A stretch of 64,000 nucleotides of DNA from the human T2T-CHM13v2.0 reference genome, Homo sapiens (GCF_009914755.1 NC_060929.1); one strand, 5' to 3'; positions 39,039 to 57,338 are shown, counted from the first letter of the stretch. Made by a program: numbers and translations. Notes: generated by a model not told the origin, from the sequence alone.

Positions 39039-41092
39039 TCAAAAAATACCTCCTCCTACACTAAAATGCTTACTGTCCATGTTTTAGAGCAAATCATTCC
39101 ATAGTCTCTCAAGTTACATTTGTTCCCTAAGTCATGCAACATTTTAAACAGAATGTATGGTCAGAAATTAAGTGTTATATATAAGCAGGATTCCATGAAT
39201 GGAAATGATAAATTGCTATTATGCAGTAGATATTATTAAAATGAAGATTTAATGCCATAATGTGCTACTGATTACTCAAAACATTTTGTGCATTGCTTTT
39301 GTATAAGAAGCAAGTGACACAAAAAGGAGGACATTCTTTGCCTGTTTCCTGTAACAGCCTCTGTGAGGTTAGACACTTAAGATTATATCAAACTTTCGGC
39401 TACAATCATATGCCATGAACCAACTGATAACTAAATCCCATGTTTTTATTTATTTTCATTTATTTTTAGACAGTCTCCCTGTCGCCCAGGCTGGAGTGCA
39501 GTGGCGCGATCTCGGTTCACTGCAACCCTGGTCTCCTGGGTTCAAGCGATTCTGCTGCCTCAGCCAAATATAAAATACAAAAAAGTTTTTTTTTTTTTTT
39601 TTTAGTAGAGATGGGGTTTCACCATGTTGGCCAGGCTGGTCTCGAACTCCTGACCTTGGGTGATCCACTCGCCTTGGCTTCCCGAAGTGCTGAGATTACA
39701 AGGTGTGAGCCACCACACCCGGCCACAAATTATGTTTTTATAAATACAGCTTTATGTTGAATGTTGGGATTCCTAGCCTGGGCAACATAATGAGACCTTA
39801 TCTCTACAAAAAGTAGAAAAATTAGCCAGGTGTGGTGGCACACATCTGTAGTCCCAGCTACTCAGGAGGCTGAGGCACGAGGATCACTTGAGCCCAAGAG
39901 GTAGATGCTGCAGTGAACTGTGACTGTGCCACAGCCTGGGCAGCCTGGGTGACAGAGTAAAACCCTGTCTCAAAAAAAAAAAAAAAAAGTTGGGATTCCA
40001 CTTTTACCTTTCACCATTGCCTCTCTTTAGGGATAGGAATCTTTCATTTTCATCTGATTACCTGTTCACGCTGTAAGTATTTAAATGTACTCTGTGACAA
40101 AATGACACTTGATTGGCTAATGTAGTGTTTCTCTGTAAAGGATCTGCCTAAAGAGAAGCTGCATGCACATATTTGCTAATAACATCTACTAAATAAAATG
40201 GTGGTTATACAGTACTTTCCACTAAGGTCTTCAAAGACTTTATAATTCTCCATGTCCTTGGTTTGGGAAATAATAAACTTTTAAAGGGCAAAGCCTCAAA
40301 CAACCTAATTTTAAAGAATGTTAAGAATTCTGGCCGGACGTGGTGGCTCACACCTGTAATCCCAGCACTTTGGGAGGCTGAGATGGGCAGATCACGAGGT
40401 CAGCAGTTCAAGACCAGCCTGGTTCACATGGTGAAACCCCATCTCTACTAAAAATACAAAAATTAGCCGGGCATGGTGGCGGGCACCTGTAATCCCAGCT
40501 ACTCAGGAGGCTGAGCAGGAGAATCACTTGAAACCGGAAGGTGGAAGCTGCAGTGAGTCGAGATCGTGCCACTGTGCTCCAGCCTGGGCAACAAAAGCGA
40601 AACTCCATCTCAAAAAAAAAAAAAAAAAAAAATTCTATTCATTCCCTAGTCTCCTTTATTTCACAGGTTTCTTCCAATATACCTAAAAATCCAGTATGAG
40701 CATGCTTTCTTATACATTAACCTTCTCAGATGTACAGATGTTTGGATGTAATCTTATGCCTATTGCCAAATTTACTGTTAACCATCCTAGGGTAGGACAT
40801 ATATTTTATTACTTTTATGGTATGAGCTGCATTTAATGTGCCAGAATATAAGAACATTTGTCTTAGTCCAAGAACTATTTTCAGTTTAGTTTTGTCACCA
40901 GAATCATGAGAGGTATCTTTTGACCAAATTCAGTTTCATTTATTGTTTAACTGCTAAGCAATGAAGACTATTAACAAACAGATTATCATTAACTCTAAAT
41001 AATAAAACTAAATACAGACTAAACGCTTACTTAACTAAATTATAAAAGTTCCTTCTAACAATTCCATCCCTTGAAGTTTATCCAGAAACCTA

Positions 41093-41344
<252 letters not shown>

Positions 41345-42833
41345 TCATATGGACATGGTAAGCATTATAAAATCAAGTACTACTAGCTCTTTCTACATGA
41401 AAGCATTTAAAATGTAAAGATTCTCTTAAACTAGATGGGTTTTCAGAGAACTACAATTTCTTCTAAATAAGTACTATAATCTTGTAATTCATAATCTTGT
41501 TATCTTAGAATCTGTAGCCTTTGTTTTAATGAATAACAACAAAACAAGAGATGGACAATAACTGAAGAAGTCATGTACCTTGTTACAGTTCAAAGACTTA
41601 AAAGCCAGATCCCCTCACTCTCTGCTCAACACTTTCCATCTGTTCGGGCATATAATTACATATTTTTTATACTGTTTTGTAGAAAGTTTGGTGGAATTCA
41701 CATTTAACCTAAAAAACTGTGGTAGAAGATGGGAACATCTTTTATTGAACTCCACAATTTCTGACACTTTCCTAGTTTAACCAAATTACTCAGAGGTAAC
41801 AAAGAGGTACAGCTCTCTCAAGCAACTGTAATCACCCCAAGCTTCCTGCCAATTAAATATTTCTTAGAAAACATACATGTTGAAATCTGGCAGGTTCATT
41901 TCAGGAGTATTAAAATTTGTGAAATGTTCAAGACTATGATCACACACTAAAAGAAAGGAAAAATCAAAAGTTGGGGTAAAAATAAACTTGTGTATACACA
42001 TATATACATATTTTGGAGACACTCATGCTCTGTCACCCAAGCTGGAGTGCAGTGGCGTGACCTCGACTTACTGCAACCTCCACGCCTCCCTGGTTCCAAT
42101 GATTCTCCTGCCTCAGCCTCCAGAGTAGCTAGGATTACAGGCGCGCACGACACCACACCCGGCTAATTTTTGTATTTTTAGCACAGATGGGGTTTCACCA
42201 TGTTGGCCAGGCTGGTCTTGAACTCCTGACCTTGTGATCTGCCCACCTCGGCCTCTCAAAGTGCTGGGATTACAGGCGTGAGCTACCATGCCCGGCTTGT
42301 TTGTATTTTTATCTGCACTTTTAGCATTATAAACTTATGTAAGAAAATACACACAGGACAAAGAATGTCAATTCTTATAAACATAATAACTGAACAGATA
42401 CAATTTAAAAGGTTCCATGGTGTTTTTTATCCTTTGGGAGATAGGTGGGATGAAAGTGACGTGGAGATGAAGGAGAAATCACAATCATGTCATTGTTACT
42501 AAATTCTGGCAGTGCCAAGATCTGACTAAAGATAAGCCTGCTGTGATAAGTCCAAGTAACTATGGAAATCAAACTGTGAAAAGGGTTGAGTGCTAGTAAA
42601 AACTCAGATTTCTTAACAGGTGAAACGTCTCATATCTAATCTTTATGATTATGTTCATTTATATTTTCAATTCCTAAAAAATACAGAGAAAAAATTATAA
42701 CTTCTAAAAATATTTTATCAGAGATGGTTTTACTTATTTAAAAAGTAGTCATCTTTCCATTTTTGGAAATTGGACCATACTCATTTCACTTTTATTGCCA
42801 CAATAATATTTTACATAATAAAATTTTACCTAC

Positions 42834-42877
42834 CTTCCCAAGCCAGGCGATGGTGCTTGAGAATTATTATAAGAATT
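42834..42877 (-). CDS. AFF4: AFF4 coding exon (44 nt)
   Basis: ccacag|; NSYNNSQAPSPGLG(S); AG|gtagg. Confidence 0.9.
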
Positions 42878-43007
42878 CTGTGGAAAAAGTAAAATGTACT
42901 TAACAACAACAAAAACCACCACTACTTTAAGAAGTTCTAAATATATTTAAAAGCTTTGGGCAAGAGCTCATCGTGAGCAGCTGTAAATATTTAAGACACC
43001 AAAATAC

Positions 43008-43028
43008 GTGTGTGTGTGTGTGTGTGTG
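43008..43028. repeat. (GT)n microsatellite
   Basis: Directly visible. Confidence 0.9.
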
Positions 43029-43516
43029 TAAAAGTACAAAAGAAATAAATTATTAGGTGAGAGCTGGGTGTTCTGGAAGACTTCACAGAAGAGGCAAGGA
43101 AATAATGAGTAACACATGGATAAAGGGAAGGGGGATACATCCCAGCTACTCCCAGCTACCTGGGAGTAGCTGCAGTGAGCCATGATCGTTTTTTTTAAAA
43201 AACTCCCTCTTAAAAAAGGGGTGGGTGGGTGGGTGGGTGGGGAGAGGGGAGAGATGAATCATACTATGCACAAAGGCTGCAGAAAAGACAATGTATGTGC
43301 CCCATGCAGTTTGCCTAAAGCAGAGGTTTAGACAAGGAACAAGAGACCCCTTGGGGCCAGGGTAAGGAGTTTAAACTTGACCCAGCAGGCAACTACTGAA
43401 GGGTTCCAAGTCATAATCAGAGGCAGATTTTAGGAGGATTTATGTGGTACTGGCCTGAAGAAACATAGGAAAATCTTTTAGGAAACTAAGATAGTAGTCA
43501 GAAAAGGATGGCATGA

Positions 43517-43804
<288 letters not shown>

Positions 43805-44061
43805 TGAGCCACCGAACCCGGCCGAAAACAAAAGATCATTTAAAAAGTAAATACAGCCGCTGCACATGGCTATAAGAGTTCTACAATCAGATACACGTAG
43901 ATTAAAAAACTCAAAGAAACCTCAAACTTATTTGAAAAGTCCCAAACAGTAGCTCCTCCCCTGGTGTGTTTTGCATAAACATGAGGGCAGTTCTCAGATG
44001 GGGATGGGAGACTACAAATTCTGTCTCCTAGGAAACGGACCTTGTGCTTTTGCATACTTAC

Positions 44062-44155
44062 CTTCAGGTGCTCTGTCAGTGTCTTTGAGTACTTCAGAGC
44101 ATTTTCCTTCTTCAGTTTGAACAGCCTCAGGTACAGCAAAGACTCGCATCGCAGG
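44062..44155 (-). CDS. AFF4: AFF4 coding exon (94 nt)
   Basis: ggctag|C; (C)[31 protein letters not shown]; AAG|gtaagt. Confidence 0.95.
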
Positions 44156-45272
44156 CTAGCCAATGGAAAAGGGCGGCTTATTTACCAGGACAGCAAACTC
44201 TGGCCAGATTTGCACAGACAGCCTTTGCATTGTGCAGGAGACTGGCTCATGTGACCATGGCATAGGCCACAACATTAACCGTTAGGCAAAACCAACAGAT
44301 GTGTTCTTATTGTGGTACACATCCTAGGGAGGGGAAGATGGCTAAGAAGCCTAGGACTAGGCTCTCATTATTTGCTGACATTCCAAAATCCAAACCTTAT
44401 CCATAGGACACCAACATGTCATGAAGTTTTAAAAATTACGAAGGGGTAGAATTTCCAAACCAAAGTGTAAACAATCTAAAATTAAAAAACAAAAACTAGG
44501 AAACTGAACTGCAAATATTACAAACCACAACATAGCTTATAAAGACCGTGCAGGATCATCCCTGCCTATCTCTCCAGTCACACCCACTTCTCGCTGGTCT
44601 TCTTTTAGTTCCTTGAAAGTTTCCCATTCCTTTCCACCATCCAGCCCTTGTACATGTTGTTCCCTCTAAATAGAGTAGGTCTCCCTACCCTCTACTGTTA
44701 CAGTTACATATACTTTTCTTTCAAAATACTTAATTCATATGGACTTGTATGATGATTTGATTTCTGTCTTCTCACACTAGACTATACTCCATGATGAATA
44801 GGGCTGTGTTAGTCTTCTTCTTAGCTGCATTCCCAGTGTTAAACACAGTGCCAGGTAAAGTAAAGACCTGTAACAATCGAACTGATAATATCTCACTGGG
44901 ATGAAGCAAACAAGTCACATCCTTTATTCTGAACAAACTAGATGCTTGCTCCCTAAGGAAAAGTATATGTGAATGGAGAGAGCGGGTACCAAATGAAGAG
45001 TGTGGAAAAGTGATTATTCAAGACCATGGAGGTTTCTACTATCAGTCTCACAAAGCCAAGGCTTTCATCAAGAGGGAAATGGATCAGAGACTGACAACAA
45101 CTCAAACCTTTCAGTAGGAATTTTGAGTTACTTCCTGCTTGACCCATCAGGAACAGATTTAAGACAGGATTACAGAAGTCTGATTCAAGGAAAACATTCA
45201 GAAGAGCACACACAGCACTATTTATTATAGAACTTCCTGTATCTAGCAGAGGCTAGAACACAGAAAACTCAC

Positions 45273-45344
45273 CAAAGTACTGTGAGTCGTTTATCTGCAG
45301 CTGTAGCATCTGGTGCCAAGTAATTCTTTAGCTTCATAGTGTAT
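45273..45344 (-). CDS. AFF4: AFF4 coding exon (72 nt)
   Basis: caacag|A; (K)YTMKLKNYLAPDATAADKRLTVL(C); TG|gtgagt. Confidence 0.93.
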
Positions 45345-45597
45345 CTGTTGAGTTACAATAACAAACAAATGACAAACAGAATACTTCACCTTGATCTTAT
45401 GATTTCACTTGTCCTCAAAACATTAGAATTTCAAACCTAAATAAAAGCAAAAATACTCATTGAAGTATCTACTTCTCCTTTATCCAAGGACATTAAAGGA
45501 TTATACACCCTCTTCAGTTTACTATATATCAGCCTCTTCCTTGATGGACCAGAGAAATAATGTTATTGCCAATGATCTGCCAAGTTTTTCCACTTAC

Positions 45598-45734
45598 TTG
45601 ATGAGATCCACCGTCTCTGAATACATAGGGAATGGGGATTTGGATTCCTGAGCATTCTTCTCTAATGCATTCCCACATTCAATGAAAGATACCACAGCAT
45701 CAAGATAGTATACAGCTTTCTCAAACCTATCAGA
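45598..45734 (-). CDS. AFF4: AFF4 coding exon (137 nt)
   Basis: cttcag|; [45 protein letters not shown](K); AA|gtaagt. Confidence 0.95.
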
Positions 45735-45848
45735 CTGAAGAAAGGAGAATGCAAGTAATGAGTAATGATCTACTATGGCTACAAACATCAGAAGATTACT
45801 TAAGTTAATTTGATTAAATACGTAAGTGTAAGGAGAATATCTACATAC

Positions 45849-45912
45849 CAATGCATCTGCATTGTGCTTTAGCTTTTTTGCTTCTTGTAAATAATGGTCT
45901 GCTGAATAATTT
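45849..45912 (-). CDS. AFF4: AFF4 coding exon (64 nt; start of CHD)
   Basis: ttgcag|A; (R)[21 protein letters not shown]; TTG|gtatgt. Confidence 0.95.
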
Positions 45913-46452
45913 CTGCAAGACAAATTTTCATTATAAATAGAATAGTAAATATTTTCATAATACTAGTTCATTTCAGTATCTAGTATCCCTCAGTTTTTAT
46001 GTCCTCAAGCAAAGAAAATGAGCTGTTACTAAGAATTTGTTTCAGTATTTTCTGACAAATGTTTATATCAGGTTAAAAGCATAAGTTGTTTTGACCAACT
46101 CATGGCAAACCTAATTAGGAAAACAGAAATCAAGCTCCCTAGTATCAAATACTAAGTTACTCAAGTTGATTGTAAGATTAAGCATAAATAAAATGTGAGT
46201 AGGAGAAATTACCTTTTATTAAAATAGAGGAAAAAACAATATTGCTCTTCCTCATTTAAGAAACCCTCCATTTTAACAGTGATATCAGCAGTAGTAAGAT
46301 TCTTCTACTGGAAGGCAGATCATTCACATCCCTCATGGGAGTCATGGAGTTAAGCTAAAGGAGCCGTACTTGGACTAGTGGGTACTTTTCAAATTGAAAC
46401 CTGAATATTCTGCAGATCATACGTAAGTATATATCCTTCTGATCAATGATAG

Positions 46453-46728
<276 letters not shown>

Positions 46729-46829
46729 TGAGCCACCGCGCCCGGCCAATGATAGAAATGAAAATGAGTTTCTTATATGCTGACTGGAATCATTTCTTAA
46801 ATACAGATACAAAAAATCATATTATCTCA

Positions 46830-46994
<165 letters not shown>

Positions 46995-49916
46995 TCAGCC
47001 ACTGGTAAAAAGGAAACAAAATTTCATTGCCTTTCATAATGAATTTCCTTGTTACAAAACTTTTATAAACTTCATAATGTAAACTTTAAAAAAAAAAAGG
47101 GTCCATTTTATATAACTGAAATATTCATTCTAATATTTATATAAGGGTCTACTATATGCCAGGCACTGGCCTAGGCAGTTGTTAAAACATAAGGAAGACA
47201 AAAGCCTAGTATGAAAATGGCAGCACTACTTACGGCAACATTTATTGGTAGTTACTGGTCAATGAAAACAGCAATAATATTAATAGCATCTAATATTTAT
47301 TATGTGCTTACTACTTACCAGGCACTAAGTTAACTAAGTACTTAGCATTATTGTTAATCCTTTAACAAACCTATGAAATAAGTACTGCTATTAAGATAAA
47401 ATGAAAAAGCAGTCTCAAGGAGGTTGAGTAACTTGCCTAAGTTCAAACAGGTTTTAAATGGCATTCTTGGAATTTGAGTTTCAAATTCAGAATTGCCAGA
47501 CTTCAAAAGCCTAGTTACTTTCTTAAACTTTACTCTGCCTCTCATCCACATGTCTTTTTTTTATTTTAAGAGATGGGAGTCTTGCTATGTTGCCCAGGTT
47601 GATCTTAAACTCCTAGGCTCAAGTGATCCTCCCACCCCAGCCTCCTGAGTAGCCGGGACCATGGGCATGTACTACTGCACCTGGCTATATGTCTATTCTG
47701 CCTCCTATCAATATAGCCCTTTATGAAAGAGCTATGACTCTCTCTCAACTGCCTTCCATCCAGCCCTATCTTTAATAAAACGAATATACATTTTTCCATA
47801 ATAAAACACCATAAACAAGTGGAATTTATTCCAGGAATGCATGGATGTTTCAACATTAGAAAACTCAATAATATATAATTTTACTTTACCTATTTACCCA
47901 ATATAAAATTTTTTATATTTATATAAAAATATAAAATTTTTAAATATATAATTATACTTTGAAATGGCTTTCTGAATATTATGTTGTACTGTAACATTAC
48001 TAGGATAGCTTTTCCTCTGTTTTATTTATTTATTTGTTTGAGAAAGGGTCTCACTCTGTCGCCTAGGTTGGAGTGCAGTGGTGCAATCATGGCTCACTGT
48101 GGCTTCAACCTCCTGGGCTCAAGCGATCCTCCAGCCAGCCTCCCAAAGTGTTGGAATTACAGGCCGTGAGCCACCATGCCTGGCCCCCTCTATGTTTTAT
48201 AAATAGACCCATAAGGACCTACATTCAGATTTGCTTTTCAGAGGATTTCTGAAAATAAGTTTCCAAATATTTAAACACAGTTTTCTTATATAAAAACTAT
48301 GTGCAATGTTGATTTTCCAGATCTAATTTTTTCTTTAGTTGATAGAATAAAAAATAGCATATTTCCTAACTAAATTACAGATTATTCTCTAATAAACTCA
48401 AATGTCACTGCCTAACTTGGAAATTGTCAAGACTAACAAATACTAACTTCAGTAACTGTTAAGTGCCAAGAGCTATTGAAATCAAAGTGGTAAGGCCCTA
48501 TTCCATATTTTGTTGAAAACAACAGAGTACCAAATGACTACATTTGATCCAACAAATATTTCCTCATTACCCAGCAAGTTAAGCACCGGATAAAACACAA
48601 AATAAGACACAAATGCCTGCTTTCAAGAAGCTGACGAACTTCTTGAAGAAACTCCTTTCTTACGTGTGATAGAAGCATACACAGTGATTTTTACCTACGA
48701 GATAGCAGAATCCAAATGAGCAGGAGAGCTCACTTATTTAAAAGCAAATAAATAAATTAATTAATAAATTAATTAATTAAATTAAATAATAATTTAAAAA
48801 AGCAATAGCAGGTTTCAAGAAGCAAGCACAGAGGCCTCAAATCCTACAGTTAAAGGATGGGAAATGGAGAAAAACCATCAGCAGGCAGATGGAGAACTGG
48901 AGCAATAAAGCAGGCCAATATAAAAGTCAAGGTCCTAAGCACCTTGTGCTAACACTAAACTACTAAAGAAAGAGGTTGTTCAGCTAGAGAAAAAGCTTTC
49001 TGTGTATTTTAATTTGAGAAGTTCTTAATTAAAATAATCTCAATTTAAAAAATTTTAATTTTACCAGTTAATAAATATAATAGCTTTAAGGAGTCTTATT
49101 TTTCAACTCTCAAACCTTTGCTTACTAAATAATAGGTATTTTCTGATTTAAGTAAATTTGCTCCTGATCAGAACAGTTTAGAAAGCAAACAACCTGGTAA
49201 ACAAATTGAGGTTGAGTGACTATTAAAGTACAGCCTTGAAAAAGCTCCTTTGATCCAAATCTCCAACTATAAACATGAAGAATACTCCCCTGCATTGTGA
49301 GTATCCTAGGAATAATAATTAGAAATAATTTCAGTGCTAACTTAGCTAAAGATTTCTTTTTCTATTTCATGAATCAAAGTCAAATGATTGCTTTGTCACT
49401 TTACGTAATATAACTTGTTTGTAAAGTATAATTCTGAGAAACTCAAAGCCTATTTCAAACAATATACAACAACTCAATCTTAGCAACTAGAACCACTTAG
49501 TTCTTATTTTAAAAGCTTCCATAACCAACTTTTCCAATGACTGGTTTCTATCTTTTTTTTTTTTTTTTTAAATTTTAAAGTTCTTTTACAGACAGGGTCT
49601 CACCACATTGCCCAGGCTGGACTCAAATTCCTCAAATGATCCTTCCATCTTAGCCTCCCAAATAGCTGGGACTACAGGTATGAGCCACTGTACCCAAGGG
49701 TTTTTCTTTCAATATGTATGTGACCAGCTGACTTACCGCCTTCACAGTCTTATATCACTGTATTCATTTATCAGGATTATTACATATAGAGGGTAAAAGA
49801 CATAGGCCTATATATTTACTGAGATGTTACAATAATTTCAAAGCACAGTGTCACCCTGGAAAAGTCACATGGCAAGTTGAATGATTTTCAAAAGCCCCAG
49901 GCCCCCAACACTTTAC

Positions 49917-50157
49917 CTTAACCTCCTTGGAGCTACTGGAAGTCTTCCCTTCGGTCTTCTTCTGCTTTGATGTGGAGGAACTGTTTTTGCTGCTGCCACT
50001 CGTCTCCTTGTTGCTGTTACTGCTTGACTTTAAGGAAGAAGACTGACTAATAGTCCTCTTCCGAGAGCCATGCTCTGTTTTTGGATCTTTTGAAGGAACA
50101 GGCCCAGCGGGAGAAGGCAACAAATCCTTTTCTTTTGCAGCACTCTGCTTAGATGAC
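49917..50157 (-). CDS. AFF4: AFF4 coding exon (241 nt)
   Basis: tggcag|G; [26 protein letters not shown]...SSSSKEVK; AAG|gtaaag. Confidence 0.93.
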
Positions 50158-50712
50158 CTGCCAAACCAAACGAATGCCTTCATTTCTCCACACAGTAATA
50201 CAGGGGTAATTGATTTTTCCATTTCTCTTTGTCTGCTTTCAAGACAAATCTGTTTTTCCCCATTTGATTACTAGGACACATGATTTCTATAAAACAAAAT
50301 AAGACTGTAAATTCCATGAAGGTAGGCATCTTCTCTGTTTTTATTCCCGTGGTTGTAAATCCAGGGCCAAAAACTGACCTACCACTCAGTAGTACTCAAT
50401 AAATATTGGCTGAATGATTGAACAAATTGATGAATGGTGAATGAAGAGATTACCACTTTTAAGTTGGCAACCAGTCTCTTGGAAATTACAGATAAGTTTG
50501 CCATCTAACCAGAAAGTGGCATAGCTTTACTTTAATTCTCCCCCCATACTCACCCCTACCCCAATAAAAAATGAATAAAGGAAGAACTAATTAAATGTTA
50601 AATGTTTTCCATCCCTATTAGCTAAAAGTGAAAGCTCCCACTATTTGGCATATGTTATGTGTATGCATTTATATAACACTTGCTTACTAAAAGGAACACT
50701 CAGAGCATGTCA

Positions 50713-50871
<159 letters not shown>

Positions 50872-51149
50872 CTAGATGAAAAATAGAAACCGTGGTCTGA
50901 TTTTTATTCAACTAACTTCAGCTTCCAGCACTAGCTACCCACAAAGAGTTTATCCATGATTAGGCATCAGAAAGAAGATAAAAGAGAAGTACTATAATTC
51001 ATTTAAATAATATTCAAGAAGATGAGGTTTTAAGGCTGAGGTCACCTATTTTAGATACACAAAACCCAGAGACTGAAACGCATTTCCTACAGTCTCTAAG
51101 ATGGCATCTTTTCAATGTAATGATTTGGGAGGTAGTATCTGTGAAATTA

Positions 51150-52125
<976 letters not shown>

Positions 52126-53976
52126 GACTCAAAAAACTTTCTGATGGAAAACACAAGTGGTGGGCCCATCCATTGCCAATGTTACTTTTCTAAGTGAATC
52201 TAAGTTTTCCTTTTGCTTCAAATATCAGGGCACGAGAATGCAAATATTCTACCATAACAAAAGAATCTGTTCCCCTATACAAATGAATAAAGACAGACAA
52301 ATGAAAACATGAGAAAAAGAAATCTACATCCTTTATTACCCTTAACTGGGTCTTCTCTTAGTACTACCTGCTTTACCTCCAGGTACTGCCCTTGACACTT
52401 TATATTTTAAATGTCTGAATACCTTATAGAAGGGCCAGGTGTGGTGGCTGACACCTGTAATGCCAGTGCTTTGGGAGGCTGAGGTGGGAGGACTGCTTGA
52501 TTCCAGGAGTTTGAGACCAGTTTGAGCAATATAGCAAGATACCATCTCTATAAAAAATTAGCCAGGTGTGGGGTCGCATGCCTGTAGTCCTAGCTACTTG
52601 GGAGGCTGAGGAGGGAGGATCACTTGAACCCGGCAGTTTGAGGTTGCAGTGAGCTATGAATGCCATGGCACTCCAGCCTAGGTGACAGAGTAATACCCTG
52701 TCTCTAAAAGTAAGAAAAATAAAATAAAATCTTACAAAAAAAGTAATACTTTTTAAGCACAAAAGGACCATTTTTTAAAATTCCATAAAAAAAGTCCTAG
52801 CTTCCAAAAGAGCAGAGTCTATCATACACAAGCTCTTATTCCACATTATTCTATGAATTAAATCCCACAGCCAAGTCCAGCGATCTGAGGCTGTGGGCTA
52901 CAGGGGCCAGCAGCCCTAAACAGCTTACTAGTTGAGCAAAACATCTCTATACTATGATAATGGAAACTCATTAGGTATAGTATAGAGAGTAGTAAGCTTT
53001 GGTTTTCTAAAAATTTAAATAATGTGGACAATTTCAATTTTTAAAGATTCAAAAAAGAAGTCATGTATTATTCTAATTTGTCTGAATATATTTCATCTGC
53101 ACGTGGCACTGTGGTTTTATGAAAAGGAGAGAGGAAAATATCTCACTCCATTTTAAGAAAGTGCTCTATTCTCCCTGTAGTATATGTGATTCTCAGGTCA
53201 ACTGGAGTGGTGTTTGTGTTCTAAGTTTACTTACTTGGTAAGGCCATTCTGGTACCTATCTGTTCACCTACTCAAGCTTAACTTCTGGTCTTTCACAATC
53301 ATAGACATGTATCGGAAGAAATTATAGTATTCTTTGATATAGACTACTTAAAACTTTACATTCTCCTGTAAATTCCTCACTAGAGCTGAAAAGATCAGGC
53401 TGTTTTTCCCACAGTCTCTATATATGTAGTGATTCAGATCTCTTCATTGTACGATTATTATCCTCCAATCACAGACATGCGTGAGTTTTCACATTTCCTC
53501 AGTCTAAGAAAAGCAGACCTTAAATATACAAATTTTGCCTCTATATCCAAAATTATCTTGGAAGTATTTAGGGATGACAGCTGGCTATAAGCCAGCAATA
53601 TTTTTAGTTCTGACCTTTGTTAAGGAAAATAAGCTGGGGCATAGAGGTGCATAGCAGATTAGTTATTTAAGTGTGACTTGGTCTGGGTGTACATCAGAAG
53701 AGAATGGTAGGGATTATAACAATACGGGGAGTACATATCCAAACTAAAAACACCTAAAACCAAAATGTTGAGAATGTTGCAAATGCCAATTTGCAAGCTG
53801 CTGCTCTCTAACCTCTACACTGGCCAGCACATGCTGAAAAGCACTGACTCATTTCTTATTTCATTAGCAACTATTCTGCTTTACTGAAGGACACAGGCAG
53901 AAGCACAGAAATCCTCAAGAGACTGTTCCACATGTAGCCTCGCCTGGGCCTTGGGTTTACCCACTATTTTCCTTCA

Positions 53977-55056
<1,080 letters not shown>

Positions 55057-55352
55057 TTACAACCTCAAAGAAGAGGAAAAACCACAATGCCTAATGCAAC
55101 AAAAGCAAATGGTTCTCTATGAACCAAAGCAAAGGGCTGAGTATTGACTATTAGCTCTTATCATCTGAATAAGAAGATAAGTGGCCAGGCACGGTGGCTC
55201 ACACCTGTAATCCCAGCACTTTGGGAGGCTGAGGTGGGCGGATCATGAGATCAGGAGTTTGAGACCAGTCTGACCAACATGGTGAAATCCCGTCTCTATT
55301 AAAAATACAAAAATTAGTCAGATGCGGTGGCGCACGCCTGTAATCCCAGCTA

Positions 55353-55572
<220 letters not shown>

Positions 55573-55930
55573 TTAATTCTAGAAAGTAAACAAATGATGT
55601 AGGTACAAAGAGATTTTTAACTGCAATTTAACAAGCTATACCAAAATTGTATTACATAAGACTCTTTTTATCAACAACATGATGTTCTTTGTAACCACAG
55701 AACATCAATTACCATGTTGAGTCATAAAAATAAAAGACCAAACTAAAGGTACACAGTATTTTAGTGACCTGTAATATGCCAAGCAGTTCCTAATCTAGAC
55801 CGAATTTGTTCAAACAACAAGGAACCATCTAGATTTCCTCCAACGTACACAGTACAATTTCTTTTTGTCAGACTATGGAACCTTCTTTCCTTCTCCTTTT
55901 ATATTTGGATCAGGTTTTAAATGGACATCA

Positions 55931-56182
<252 letters not shown>

Positions 56183-56191
56183 TTACATTGA

Positions 56192-56575
<384 letters not shown>

Positions 56576-56855
56576 TAATTCTATGAATCCAGAGCTTCAC
56601 TGTAAATGAAATGAGTAATTCTTTTTAAAGTTTCTGATGTGCTACTTAGCTATTAATACTCACCTTTTAAAAACAGTTTGAGGTATAATACACAAAACAC
56701 CCACTTTAAGTGTATAATTCAATGACTTAATTTACAGAATTGTACAACCATTATCAAAATTAATATTTACTTATAAGGCCACTTATTATATCCCTGCAAT
56801 GTTATCAGGCTGACCCAACTCTTACCAATAAAACAGAAAAGAAAAGGATGCCCAC

Positions 56856-56893
56856 CTTCCTGGTGTACTCCTCGGCATTGTCTTATCACAATC
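56856..56893 (-). CDS. AFF4: AFF4 coding exon (38 nt)
   Basis: ttttag|; DCDKTMPRSTPG(S); AG|gtgggc. Confidence 0.88.
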
Positions 56894-57338
56894 CTAAAAT
56901 TAAAACATAAGAAAGAATCTGTGAATGAATAAACAGTATTCTATTTGCTTAGTGTGAATAATATCTGAACTCTTAACAGAAAAAACTGGATTCTCTAATG
57001 TATGCAACAATATTTAGCACTTATACTGTTTTTACCTGAAGAGTAACTGAATTGCCAGAATAAGATCAAAAGCTTTGTTAATAGTTATTATTGTCAATAA
57101 TCTACTGCTTCATGAGTATGTTTTGATCCATAATAAATGTTGAGGAAAACCCAATTTTTTAAAAAAATAAGAAAAAAATGGAGATTTAAAAACAGAGAAG
57201 AAAACTACAACATTTCAGTGTCAGAAAGCTTATAAGAAACTTATTTTAAGTAATAAATGCATTATTCAATTATCATTTTTATAAAATACAATGAAAATAC
57301 TATATGAGACTGGCAAAATAATACAATAGTAGACACAC

